Shown: one piece after another, positions 1 to 9,173 of the stretch
Numbering within the stretch: the stretch's first letter is position 1
Layout of the letters: each line of letters opens with the position of its first letter
Assembly: GCA_024230435.1 (NCBI GenBank)
Contig: JAAERL010000139.1
Location: forward strand, 6,339-70,338
Source of the DNA: Desulfobacteraceae bacterium
Lineage (GTDB): Bacteria; Desulfobacterota; Desulfobacteria; Desulfobacterales; Desulfosarcinaceae
Reading direction: 5' to 3'
DNA: 64,000 bases
The notes under the pieces: generated by a model
The model's database searches: none
What the model was told of the DNA's origin: nothing
Seen by the model: the letters and a program-made list of their open reading frames with translations, nothing else
Translations under genes and position numbers: made by a program

Positions 1-6
1 GAACAG

Positions 7-1128
7 TTACTGATTTTTTTTCTTTTTTCTGCTCTCTTTTTCCACTTGCAATAAAATCGTTCTACGATAAATCAGGATGCATGACAACAAGATAGGCGCC
101 ATGGCATACAAGGCGATATTAGCGGTTTTACGGTAGTCTTTTTTTAATAATTTTAGCTTATTAAATTCGAGTTGTAATTTAAAATCTCCGAAAGGCTTAA
201 CCGCATAGGTGGTTGGATTTATCGTGTAAACCTTAAATAACCGGGGGTCTGCCGCAAACACACGGTTTTGAGTTTTTGCAAGACTCTTGGGGCCTGCAAA
301 GCGCGGCAACTCAATACGTTTTAGCGGATAACCGTTTTTACCGTATACCATCAGATCTGTTTTATCCATGTATTGATCTGTGTTGAGCACCCACCAGGTA
401 TCGTTGGGTCCGTTAATCACGGCCACGGGAAAGATATTTTCCTTTTTAGACCATTTTGTGTGGCCGGGGATGTCATTTTCAAATGCCTCAAAGGCCAGGT
501 TATTGATTCGAATGCCTGCCACACTCAGATAAGATGTGTTTGCCACGCGGATTGAACCATCGTGGCGGGCCCACACGTCATTGGGGAAATGTAAATCCTG
601 TTCATCCAATATCCGGTGGCGTTGTCCGAAGGGCAGTTCATAGACTTCCAGGCTGTTGCTTGAAGAATCCGTAGTAAATAAAAGCTGATTATGCTCATCC
701 AGAAAGAAATCGAATTCTTTTTTGTTTTGACCTTTTAAAAAATAATAACTTTTACCGGTTTGGGGAAGATTTAAAACAACATTACAAGTAGTAAGATCCG
801 TATTGCATTTGTAGATTGTGCGTTGATAGCCGTCTCCTACCAGCAGATACATGTCTGACAAGGCTTGAAGATCAACGATCTGCCATTTAAGATCGTTATT
901 CAAGGCGTTTACAGTGTTGAGCAGCCGCCCAGCGGTATCCAACTGATACAAGGTCCTGTGCATATAAACGTAAACTCTGTCATGGCCGCAGGTGATGTGG
1001 ATGGGGCCTTTGATTGAGGTGGCCTTTTTATCCGCCCATAAACGCAAGGCCAAAGTCATGACCATACAGATTATGGCTAAAATGGCCAGAATTTTCAGGA
1101 AACGTTTGGATCGAAATAGCTTTTGCAA
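7..1128 (-). CDS. hypothetical membrane-anchored protein
   Basis: 373-aa ORF. It has an N-terminal hydrophobic helix (ILAILAIICMVMTLAL) and a C-terminal helix (IALYAMAPILLSCILIY) followed by a KKKKNQ tail. No family recognised. Confidence 0.5.
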   Translation of the reverse strand: MQKLFRSKRFLKILAILAIICMVMTLALRLWADKKATSIKGPIHITCGHDRVYVYMHRTLYQLDTAGRLLNTVNALNNDLKWQIVDLQALSDMYLLVGDGYQRTIYKCNTDLTTCNVVLNLPQTGKSYYFLKGQNKKEFDFFLDEHNQLLFTTDSSSNSLEVYELPFGQRHRILDEQDLHFPNDVWARHDGSIRVANTSYLSVAGIRINNLAFEAFENDIPGHTKWSKKENIFPVAVINGPNDTWWVLNTDQYMDKTDLMVYGKNGYPLKRIELPRFAGPKSLAKTQNRVFAADPRLFKVYTINPTTYAVKPFGDFKLQLEFNKLKLLKKDYRKTANIALYAMAPILLSCILIYRRTILLQVEKESRKKKKNQ

Positions 1129-1206
1129 AATATTACTCGCTACTGAGAAAGCATTGGATTAAGGGCCCCGGAAAAAATGTTTTATCCCAACTGACTTGTC
1201 TATCAA

Positions 1207-1275
1207 CTCGTCTTCTGCGTTGCGGGAAGCTGCGAATATCTCGATATGCACGGCTTCCCGCGCCTTGAATACGAG
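1207..1275 (-). repeat. divergent core hairpin of repeat family A
   Basis: CGTCTTCTGCGTT..GCGGGAAGC(1222-1230)..loop TGCGAATATCTCGATATGCAC..GCTTCCCGC(1253-1261)..GCGCCTTGAATACGA aligns with the inverted core of the full A copies. Flanks and loop are conserved, but the stem sequence is replaced. Confidence 0.5.
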
Positions 1276-1335
1276 CCCATATTCTGCGCCAATTGGGCAA
1301 AACAATTTTTCCGCGACCCTAATAATCATCATTGG

Positions 1336-2052
1336 TTAGGCTGTACTTTTTACTTTATTGAATCCGATACATCCGGTCATTGCTGCATGCTTGCGGGTTA
1401 GAGGATACTGGCGGCAGATATCCGGCTTAATGTCGTGAATGCCGCAAATCCATTTGTTTTTATGTGGTATTTTTTTTAAAAAAGGGCAACTTTTCAAATA
1501 GCGATTGGTTCCCGGCCGAATCCAGATCCGATAATCAAGCGTATTGTCTTTTCGATGAGTTATGCCGACAAATCGTAAAATGTCAAAACGTTGGGCCCGC
1601 CTCCAGCGCTCCACATCCTTTTCCGAGACTTCTTTGTGATAATCCAAAGTGTTACAGCAGCGGCCGCATTGACGGCAATGATAGCCGGACATGCCGGTTT
1701 CAAGGAAAATGCCTTCTGTGCCCGCAACTGCATCTTTGCCCGTCCACGCATTGGCTTGAAATACCCGGCTTGCCGCCTGGGCAAGTTGTTCCGGCCGGTC
1801 TTTCAGCGGCTCAATAGCATTGCACATATAATCGGCAAGAGCCGTTTGATCAAGCCAGAGCCTGGTGTTGTTTTGCCTTCGCACCCAGGCCCCGTTTCGT
1901 CCGGGATTGCGCACCAAAGCGCCTTCTTCACCGGCAACCAGACGCATAATACCACTAAAGAGCAGAAGTTGAGGATCATATTGCTTAAAGTCGATGCGAA
2001 TAGCTTCAAGGGCTTGGTCAAAAGTTAGAAAAATGATATCCGGCGCCGCCAT
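1336..2052 (-). CDS. YkgJ-family cysteine-cluster (CxxCxxCC) protein
   Basis: 238-aa ORF with CRQCGRCC, followed by further conserved Cys (SCPFL, WICGIHDIKPDICRQYP) typical of the UPF0153/YkgJ putative Zn/Fe-chelating family. Confidence 0.7.
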   Translation of the reverse strand: MAAPDIIFLTFDQALEAIRIDFKQYDPQLLLFSGIMRLVAGEEGALVRNPGRNGAWVRRQNNTRLWLDQTALADYMCNAIEPLKDRPEQLAQAASRVFQANAWTGKDAVAGTEGIFLETGMSGYHCRQCGRCCNTLDYHKEVSEKDVERWRRAQRFDILRFVGITHRKDNTLDYRIWIRPGTNRYLKSCPFLKKIPHKNKWICGIHDIKPDICRQYPLTRKHAAMTGCIGFNKVKSTA

Positions 2053-2125
2053 CTTAGCTCCTGTTGAAACGTTTTTAGTACACTGATTTTAGAGGATTAC
2101 TTTCGAGCTAACATTTCATGCGTTT

Positions 2126-2150
2126 AGAACCTGTTTGCCAAACAGGTTCT
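2126..2150. repeat. perfect 11-bp inverted repeat with 3-nt spacer
   Basis: AGAACCTGTTT-GCC-AAACAGGTTCT, about 75 nt upstream of the ykgJ-like start. The right arm matches the CCAAACAGGYTCT terminal motif of repeat family C. Confidence 0.6.
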
Positions 2151-2349
2151 TAGTGTTTTCGGCTTTTCAAGATTCTTATTTTACGGGTTTGACGAATGCC
2201 CGGCAAGAACTTTTATGATGTCAATATAAAAGCCGAAGTTGAACCCGCAATTTAAATTTTTATTTCTAATGTGAAAATGTATGATAAGTGAATCAAGTCC
2301 TGAAATAAAGTGATATTTAGTATTCATTCGCCAATGATGAATTTTTTGA

Positions 2350-2527
2350 TTAGGCGATTGGCGGAAAAGAATATACCATATTGGGCTTAGATTTTTTTTT
2401 CGTCTTCAAGGCCCGCCAAGTTTTGCTGATCAGTTTGCATACTTTACGTATTTGGGCTTTGGAATAACGCACAAGACGGGAAAAAAGACATACAAGATGG
2501 TATATTCTTTAACTGCAAATAGCCTTA
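2350..2527 (+). repeat. repeat family A, long copy A1 (MITE-like imperfect palindrome)
   Basis: TTAGGCGATTGGCGGAAAAGAATATACCA ... TGGTATATTCTTTAAC..AGCCTTAA termini, with internal paired arms TTTTTTCGTCTTC/ACAAGACGGGAAAAAA. Carries the 12-nt GTTTTGCTGATCA variant. Confidence 0.8.
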
Positions 2528-2658
2528 ACACTATTTACAGATATCAGGCTATTAATTCTTATGATAAGGATCTTGGAAGTTGCAAGCCACTGATTTTTGC
2601 ACTAACTGACGATCGGCAACGCCCATGATTCTAAGTCCAGGTTCAAAGGGGAGCATGT

Positions 2659-3459
2659 ATGCGATTCGGGGCTATGAATTTTCCGGTAATCTGTGTGATC
2701 GATGAGATAAATGCGATTGGGGAACTGGGTATGGACTATGTCGAGATAGCTATGGATCCGCCCCGGGCGCATTATACGCAGCTACAAGCCCAACAGTCCG
2801 CTATTCGTCGGGCATTGACATCTCATAATCTCGGTCTGGTATGTCATTTGCCAACGTTTGTCTTTACTGCGGATCTTGCTGACAGCATCAGGAAAGCGTC
2901 TGTCCAGGAGGTGATCGGCTCTCTTGAAACAGCCGATAGCCTTGGGGCTGAAAAAGTTGTTTTACATCCTGGCTGGATCGGCGGCTTGGCCATTCATGTA
3001 ATGGATCAGGCTCTGGAACTCGCCATGGATAGCCTGAACAAGATATCGCGCAGTGCCTCGGCGCTGGGTCTTACGGTTTGCGTGGAAAATATGTTCCCGC
3101 GGTTTGGGCCTTTTGTGGAAATCAGAACGCTTGAACCTGTTTTTTACGCTTTTCCTGAATTCAAATTTGTGCTGGATGTCGCCCATGCCCATATCGGGGA
3201 TAAATACGGCCGCCGTGCTCAGAATTTGATCGAGCGTTTCAGTTCCCGCCTGGCGCATGTACATATAAGCGATAATATGGGAATAAATGATGATCATCTG
3301 CCCGTAGGGGCGGGCACCGTTCGTTTCAAACCCATCATAAAAGCTCTTTGCCAAGCGGGATACAAGGATACCTTTACCCTTGAAATTTTTGTAGAAAAGC
3401 GCAAATTATTAATCAAAAGCCGTAATAAGCTGCTGGCGCTGATTGAAGAAAACAAATAA
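2659..3459 (+). CDS. sugar phosphate isomerase/epimerase (xylose-isomerase-like TIM barrel)
   Basis: 266-aa ORF. Motifs VVLHPGW, CVENM, LDVAHAHIG, HVHISDN and TLEIF are typical of the AP-endonuclease-2 / xylose isomerase-like TIM barrel family. Confidence 0.7.
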   Translation: MRFGAMNFPVICVIDEINAIGELGMDYVEIAMDPPRAHYTQLQAQQSAIRRALTSHNLGLVCHLPTFVFTADLADSIRKASVQEVIGSLETADSLGAEKVVLHPGWIGGLAIHVMDQALELAMDSLNKISRSASALGLTVCVENMFPRFGPFVEIRTLEPVFYAFPEFKFVLDVAHAHIGDKYGRRAQNLIERFSSRLAHVHISDNMGINDDHLPVGAGTVRFKPIIKALCQAGYKDTFTLEIFVEKRKLLIKSRNKLLALIEENK

Positions 3460-3496
3460 TTTAAAATTTCTAAACCGCTGCAGCGGCAAGCATATT

Positions 3497-4381
3497 TTAG
3501 ATAGTTTTTTTCACTATGTGATCCAGGGCCAGCTTGATCACCCGGGCGTTTTTTAAGATGCGGGTGTGGCCAAGCCCCTGTGTGGCAAACAAGCTTATGT
3601 GATCATTGATTATAACGGCTTGCCTGGTTTCCTCAAAGGCAATGGATGTATCGTTTTGGTCATGTATGACGAGTATTGGAAACCTCATAGTCTGAATAAT
3701 CTTAAACGGATCATGCCGGTTCAGGCTGTAACCATAGCGGTTTTCGTACTGGGCAATGAGGCGCTGGTAGATCTTTTCAGAAATATCATAACGCCTAAAC
3801 GCTGACAGCAGCATTTTTTCAAGTTTTAACGCCGGACAAATCAATACGGTCTTTATTTTTTGTTTCCGCCTGTATAGTGCATTGATTGCCGCCGAAGCCC
3901 CTAGTGAATGCCCGACAATTGCTTTTACCGCTGAACCGGTCTGTTTTAAGAGCGCTTCTGCGGCATCGGAGAATTCGAAATAGTTGGCTGTTTTACCATC
4001 AGAAAACCCATGAGCCGGGGCATCGAAGGCAATGGCGCGGCAACCACGGGATATGGTTTCGCGTATAAATCCGCCATATTGTAAAGCTCTGCCGTTCCAG
4101 CCGTGCACAAACAGGATGGCCGGCCCGGTTCCCCAGCTCCAGCAGCGTATTGTCTTTTTATTCACCCGGACACAAAAAGGGCGCCCTTTTGCCAATAAGT
4201 GTTTTTGATTCGAAGTCAGAGGATTCGATGAAGGTTTGAAAAACAACCGGTTAACCGCATAAGCGGTCAGGTGCGGTGCGGTGCGCCAGCTTAAGGTCAA
4301 AAGTAAAACGAAGAGTTTTATTTTAAAAATATCGTCACGAACGTTCGCACTTTTATATGTTAAGCTAACTCGATTAGTCAT
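3497..4381 (-). CDS. alpha/beta hydrolase
   Basis: 294-aa ORF with an oxyanion-region HGW(N)G (ILFVHGWNG) and the nucleophile elbow GHSLGAS. Confidence 0.75.
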   Translation of the reverse strand: MTNRVSLTYKSANVRDDIFKIKLFVLLLTLSWRTAPHLTAYAVNRLFFKPSSNPLTSNQKHLLAKGRPFCVRVNKKTIRCWSWGTGPAILFVHGWNGRALQYGGFIRETISRGCRAIAFDAPAHGFSDGKTANYFEFSDAAEALLKQTGSAVKAIVGHSLGASAAINALYRRKQKIKTVLICPALKLEKMLLSAFRRYDISEKIYQRLIAQYENRYGYSLNRHDPFKIIQTMRFPILVIHDQNDTSIAFEETRQAVIINDHISLFATQGLGHTRILKNARVIKLALDHIVKKTI

Positions 4382-4429
4382 TATTTTCCCCCTTAAGTGT
4401 TTAGGGTCTGTTTCCAGATGGAATTTAAT

Positions 4430-5011
4430 TTACCGGAAGCTATGTAATAATTTTTCAAATGCGGTTTGATAGCGCTTTTTGATGTCTGACTTATTAAGAA
4501 GTTTATAGTAAAGGTGAACACCCAACAGCAGGGAGTAAAATTCAAATGCGAATTGCTCACAGTCCGCATCTTTGCGGAACTCACCCGTGCCAACGGCTGA
4601 TTCGGCGATTTGCGCCAGACTCTCGATCCATAGCAATTGTTGTTTTAAAAGGAAATCTCTTACTTTTCCAGGCCGGTCTTTGTAGTCTGTACTGGCTGTT
4701 ACAAAGATGCATCCGCCGGTTAGGTTGCAGTCCCAGCTAATGTAATTATCCAATAATGCCATGATACGCGGTATACCGGCTTTGGTTCGAATTGCAGGGG
4801 TGATTACCTGCTGTGTAAACAGCATGCCGGCATGGTTTAAAATTTCAATTTGAAGGTTTTCCTTGGATTCAAAATGAGCAAACAAACCGCTTTTTGACAT
4901 GCTGGTTGCCTTTGCCAAAGCGCCAATACTTACATTTTCCAATCCGAGTTGACTTGCCATGTCAAGACCCGCATCCAATATAGTTAATTTTGTGTCTTGT
5001 CCTTTTGTCAT
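4430..5011 (-). CDS. TetR/AcrR family transcriptional regulator
   Basis: 193-aa ORF. The N-terminal HTH (ILDAGLDMASQLGLENVSIGALAKATSMSKSGLFAHFESKENL) is the canonical TetR_N pattern. Confidence 0.85.
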   Translation of the reverse strand: MTKGQDTKLTILDAGLDMASQLGLENVSIGALAKATSMSKSGLFAHFESKENLQIEILNHAGMLFTQQVITPAIRTKAGIPRIMALLDNYISWDCNLTGGCIFVTASTDYKDRPGKVRDFLLKQQLLWIESLAQIAESAVGTGEFRKDADCEQFAFEFYSLLLGVHLYYKLLNKSDIKKRYQTAFEKLLHSFR

Positions 5012-5022
5012 TTTGTAAAAAT

Positions 5023-5036
5023 AGAACGGCCGTTCT
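5023..5036. promoter_or_regulatory. candidate TetR operator (perfect 14-bp palindrome)
   Basis: AGAACGGCCGTTCT lies 12 nt upstream of the TetR start codon (5009-5011, minus strand), in the divergent region facing the 5416 hydrolase gene. Confidence 0.35.
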
Positions 5037-5211
5037 TTTCAGTCAAGACAATTTTTTACTTATTTTATAAATAGGTATGGATAAGTATATTCAGTGTTGA
5101 TATAAATCAGCGCTTGCCGCCAAGAAAACAATGCTTGATTTATTGCTTTTTCGATCCTTTATAGTTTTCGCCGCAACAGTGTTGCGTATTTTCCCGGATG
5201 CTAAAATTATT

Positions 5212-5250
5212 TTTTGCAGCCGATTTAATAATTCCCAAACAGGCTCTAAG
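5212..5250 (+). repeat. repeat family C right-end copy (solo or degenerate)
   Basis: TTTTGCAGCCGATTTAATAATTCCCAAACAGGCTCT (5212-5247) is identical over 36 nt to 57934-57969, just upstream of vgrG. Weaker similarity extends back to about 5165. Confidence 0.65.
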
Positions 5251-5415
5251 ATTATCCAGCAAGAATTTACGGTAATTTATAGCCGGGAGGAGTCACTATC
5301 CAATGACGAATTGGATATCATGGAGCAGTTAAAATTTCTGTTGCAAAAAAAACAATTATGCTGTTTTTTGGGCCTCGGGAGGCAAAGATGCCTAAGGCCC
5401 TTATAATCATATTTT

Positions 5416-6213
5416 ATGTCTTATTATAAAACACAAGACGGTTGCCGCCTTTATTATGAACTGCTTGGCGATGGTCCGGCAAAGCCTTTGATTACGTTTG
5501 TCAATGGTACGTTGCAAACAACTGTTTATTGGAAATTGGTGAGCAATGGCTTTACCGGCAGGTTTCGTATTTTATTGTATGATTGCCGGGGCCAGGGCGA
5601 AAGTGATATCGGGCAGTTGCCTTTATCTCTAAAACTGCACGCTTGTGATTTGAAAGATCTGCTTTTTGATTTAGACGTTAATGAAAGTATTGTGGTAGGT
5701 CTTAGCCACGGCGCCCGGACTGCATTGACTTTAGCGGATCAGGCTCCCGAACTGATTTCAAAAATGGTTCTGTGCAGTATTTCCACCAGTTCAAATTTCA
5801 GGGCTAAAATGATTGTACGTTCCTGGTATGAAATTCTTCAACGGCATAGACTTGATGCCATGGTTTGGGCTGCATTACCTTTTGTTTTCGGTACAAGATT
5901 TTTAAAAAAAAATGAAAAGCAGCTTGACCGGATCGTAAAAACCATTGTCCGGCGAAATAAAACAGATGCTCTGCGCCTTCACTTGGAGGCGATGCAAAAA
6001 TACACGCCACTGTCCTCGAATTTATACCCCATGCCGTTTCCGGTTCTGGTTCTTACCGGTGAAGATGACCCGCTGGTCACTGTACAAGGTGCACAACAGG
6101 TAGCAGATATCACCGGAGGGCGTCATGTGGAATTTAAAAATATGGGTCATTCTCTGGCTGCGGAGGATCCGGGGCAATTTGTTCAAATTGTGTACGAGTT
6201 CATAAATGGATAG
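5416..6213 (+). CDS. alpha/beta hydrolase
   Basis: 265-aa ORF. Nucleophile elbow GLSHGA, C-terminal MGHSLAAEDP histidine region, and a typical length for the fold. Confidence 0.75.
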   Translation: MSYYKTQDGCRLYYELLGDGPAKPLITFVNGTLQTTVYWKLVSNGFTGRFRILLYDCRGQGESDIGQLPLSLKLHACDLKDLLFDLDVNESIVVGLSHGARTALTLADQAPELISKMVLCSISTSSNFRAKMIVRSWYEILQRHRLDAMVWAALPFVFGTRFLKKNEKQLDRIVKTIVRRNKTDALRLHLEAMQKYTPLSSNLYPMPFPVLVLTGEDDPLVTVQGAQQVADITGGRHVEFKNMGHSLAAEDPGQFVQIVYEFING

Positions 6214-6238
6214 GAGTTTGGAAGTTAAAAAAAACACA

Positions 6239-7264
6239 TCACTCATACCAGCAAACATCTTCAGGGTTATATTCGAGCCAAATCCGGCGTCCCGGGTAGA
6301 ACTCGGTTGTGCAAACCTGTTCCGGTGTCAGCTCTACTGAAAACGTGTTTTTTCCAACAGTGACCCTGGCATTTATTCTACCGGTGGCTTTGTTCATATT
6401 CAGGCGCGTAAGGGTGCCTTTCAAAGAACACCTTTTTGAGTTGTCCGTATTTATCTTTGATTTTATTGTTAGGTTATTAGAAGATATGGCGGCTACTGCT
6501 TCACGGCTGTGCCCGGCAGCGGCGGCGGCAATAAAGTACTGGTTTTCAGTCATTTTTTTTGCCCAGCGGCCATCTTGCCGGAGTTTCCATGGGCCGAAAA
6601 TGAGCGTGGGTTGATTCGTACCCGCAATCCGGCCCCGGAAAAGATACACAACGCCGTTGCAGATATCCTGAAGCCACTGAATGTCATGGCTGCAAATCAC
6701 CAATGTTGTTTTCCATTCATGGTGGACTTTAAGTATGGCTTCTTTAATGAGTTGATTACTGGCTTCATCAACACTGGCCGTGGGCTCATCAAGCAGTAAC
6801 ACCTGGGGCCGCAGAACGAGCCTGGCGGCCAGAGCCGCGCGGCGGGCCTCTCCGCCGGATAATGCAAACCAGGGCCGTTGAGCAAAAGCGGCTGGCGGCA
6901 ATCCCACCCATTGCATTACGTTGTGGATTCTATCCGTGAGATGTTGCACATCCTTACGGGCGGCTAAGCCATAAGCGATGTTGCGGTAAACACTGCGTTT
7001 GAGAAGATGTGAGGCCTGGGGTAAAAGAGCAACCTGCCTGCGTAACGTTGTGTAACGTCCATTGGCCGTGTTGCCGCAAAACCGGATGCTGCCCTGCCAG
7101 GGCCTTTCGACAAATCCAAGCAAGCGCAGCATCGTGCTTTTGCCGCTGCCGTTGGGTCCGGCCAGGCCGATAATCGAATGCAAGCGGGTCTGCCATTGGC
7201 CGATACGCAATACCGTCCGGTTATTGTAACGATGATCAATATTTTTCAGTTCGTATAATTGCAT
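6239..7264 (-). CDS. ABC transporter ATP-binding protein with C-terminal TOBE-like domain (tungstate/molybdate type)
   Basis: Walker A GPNGSGKST, signature LSGGEARR and Walker B LLLDEPTASVD. The start is moved to MQLYELKN (ATG 7262-7264), 4 nt after the permease stop, rather than the overlapping 7300 start. Confidence 0.85.
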   Translation of the reverse strand: MQLYELKNIDHRYNNRTVLRIGQWQTRLHSIIGLAGPNGSGKSTMLRLLGFVERPWQGSIRFCGNTANGRYTTLRRQVALLPQASHLLKRSVYRNIAYGLAARKDVQHLTDRIHNVMQWVGLPPAAFAQRPWFALSGGEARRAALAARLVLRPQVLLLDEPTASVDEASNQLIKEAILKVHHEWKTTLVICSHDIQWLQDICNGVVYLFRGRIAGTNQPTLIFGPWKLRQDGRWAKKMTENQYFIAAAAAGHSREAVAAISSNNLTIKSKINTDNSKRCSLKGTLTRLNMNKATGRINARVTVGKNTFSVELTPEQVCTTEFYPGRRIWLEYNPEDVCWYE

Positions 7265-7268
7265 GGTG

Positions 7269-7955
7269 TTATTTTTGGCGCAGAAAGAAAACCATTCCAT
7301 TTACAAAGAAAGCAATTAGCAGTAAAATCAGCCCAAGCGCGATGCCGGTGGCAAACATGCCTTTTCCGGTCTCCAATGCAATGGCCGTTGTTATGGTGCG
7401 GGTCTGCCACTTAATGTTGCCGCCCACCATCATGGAGATGCCAACTTCTGTCATGACCCGGCCGTAGGCTGTCAGTGCAGCGGCAAGAATACCATGGCGA
7501 ACCTCCCACAGCGAGGTTAGAAGGATTTGATGCCGCCCTGCGCCTAATGACAATAGTGTGACGCGCAGGTTGCGGTCGGCGCTTTCCACGGCCGTTGCGC
7601 TCAAGGCGATGATTATAGGTAAAGCCAGAATGCTTTGACCAATCCCGATACCGGGTATGGAAAATAGCAGGCCCATGTGCCCTGCGGGTCCTTTCCTGCA
7701 AATTAATGCATAAACCAGCAGGCCTATAAAAACCGTAGGCAGGGCCAGTAAGGTATCTACAATCAGGCGCACATAGCGTTTGCCCGGAAAATGGAAATGT
7801 CCCAGTGCAAATCCGGCAGGCAGGCCAAGGACCAGGCTGGCAGCCATTGATCCTGATGAAACACGCAACGTTGTTGATATCGCCGAATAGGTTTCAGAAT
7901 CCCCGTTGAACAAAAGCTCGAATGCCTTGACCAGACCTTGTACAATAAAATCCAT
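7269..7955 (-). CDS. ABC transporter permease (TupB-like oxyanion permease)
   Basis: 228-aa polytopic ORF immediately upstream of the ATPase. Its size and sequence pattern resemble tungstate/molybdate-type permeases. Confidence 0.75.
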   Translation of the reverse strand: MDFIVQGLVKAFELLFNGDSETYSAISTTLRVSSGSMAASLVLGLPAGFALGHFHFPGKRYVRLIVDTLLALPTVFIGLLVYALICRKGPAGHMGLLFSIPGIGIGQSILALPIIIALSATAVESADRNLRVTLLSLGAGRHQILLTSLWEVRHGILAAALTAYGRVMTEVGISMMVGGNIKWQTRTITTAIALETGKGMFATGIALGLILLLIAFFVNGMVFFLRQK

Positions 7956-7958
7956 TTG

Positions 7959-8900
7959 TTAGGCCTGGACCGGTTGCTGGGTTTCGGATTCGGCGGCATT
8001 GGCAAACAGCATCTTACCGCTCATTGAAATATCATATCCGCTGTATCGCCCGGCCATTTTGTTAAAACGGGATTCATGCAGTATCGCTAAAAAATTCTGG
8101 ATGGGTTGATTGAAAAAATGTTCTTTTGGAATCAGTAAATCATAGCGTTCCCACCGCCAGGGGATAAAGTCCAACCCAAGTTGTTTGGCAACCGGTTGTA
8201 TTCCTGGCCCCGCATCGGCCTTAGCGTTGAGTATGGTCAGGCCAATATCAATATGGCGTGAAACTTCATGGTGGTATCCATTGAGTTGAGATCCTTTTAA
8301 ATCGGCGGTTTTTAATTCCTGATCGAATAATTGGCGTGTTCCGGCGCCAAGTTTGCGATTTACGATGCGAAGGCCAGGTTGTGCAAGATCTTTGACGTCT
8401 TTGATCCGGTGGGGATTTTTTTTTGCGACAATCAAACCCTGTTGGCGGTTGCAAAAGTTAACCAACACAGGTTCGGCATTCAGCATCTGACGGGCATATT
8501 CGAAATTATATTCGGAGCTGTTGTTTTGTAACAAATGGCTGGTCGCAATATGACACATTTTTTGCCTAAGAGCGCCTATGCCCCCCATGCTGCCGAGATT
8601 TCCGAAAACCGCCATGTTCTCAGGGTAGATACTGTTAAATAATTCAATGGCTTGATCAAGAAGAGGATCATTGCTTCCGGCAATAACCAACAGGCCGTCA
8701 AAGGGCGGCAGCTTTGAAGGCCTTTCCGGAAAATTAATGGTATTTGTCTCTATCCATTGATCCACCAAATGGCTGGGAAACAACCATTTGCCCGTCACTT
8801 TGGAAGCTGGCAGTTTTTTTTCAGCAATTAGGGCATAAACCATTTTTTCATTTACATTTAGATAGTTTGCCACTTCTTTGGTGGATAGCAGCTTGCTCAT
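7959..8900 (-). CDS. HTH (excisionase/MerR-type) DNA-binding domain fused to a periplasmic-binding-protein-like domain
   Basis: The N-terminus LSTKEVANYLNVNEKMVYALIAEKKLPASKVTGKWLF is an excisionase-family HTH. There is no signal peptide, and the remaining ~250 aa are PBP-like. Likely an oxyanion-responsive regulator of the adjacent transporter. Confidence 0.65.
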   Translation of the reverse strand: MSKLLSTKEVANYLNVNEKMVYALIAEKKLPASKVTGKWLFPSHLVDQWIETNTINFPERPSKLPPFDGLLVIAGSNDPLLDQAIELFNSIYPENMAVFGNLGSMGGIGALRQKMCHIATSHLLQNNSSEYNFEYARQMLNAEPVLVNFCNRQQGLIVAKKNPHRIKDVKDLAQPGLRIVNRKLGAGTRQLFDQELKTADLKGSQLNGYHHEVSRHIDIGLTILNAKADAGPGIQPVAKQLGLDFIPWRWERYDLLIPKEHFFNQPIQNFLAILHESRFNKMAGRYSGYDISMSGKMLFANAAESETQQPVQA

Positions 8901-9173
8901 GGAAACGTAGTCCCTTTTAATTTCTGTTAGAATTGCAGCTATATCTTATCTAAAGCTATACTTTATCTGTTTATGTTATTATTTTCAAAAAAGTTTTTTA
9001 AGGTACCAAAAAAAACAAAATGTGACAATATCGTATTGCCGCTTTCAATTGACAAAACAAGTCCGGACTTGATATGTTTCTGCATTGTCCATAGGCGGTA
9101 GTTCAAGTTGAATGACAAAATAGATTGCCATTTACGGTATCTATCTTCTCGTTGAGTTGTAAAGGGGGGTGCT

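Noticed and set aside
9094-9101. GGCGGTAG, the 8-nt core of the RfaH ops/JUMPstart element, upstream of the TPR-like ORF
   Set aside because: - An 8-mer is expected about twice by chance in 2 x 64 kb.
- The downstream bases do not match the full 12-nt ops.
- It precedes a non-polysaccharide gene.
- There is no evidence this organism uses RfaH-ops.
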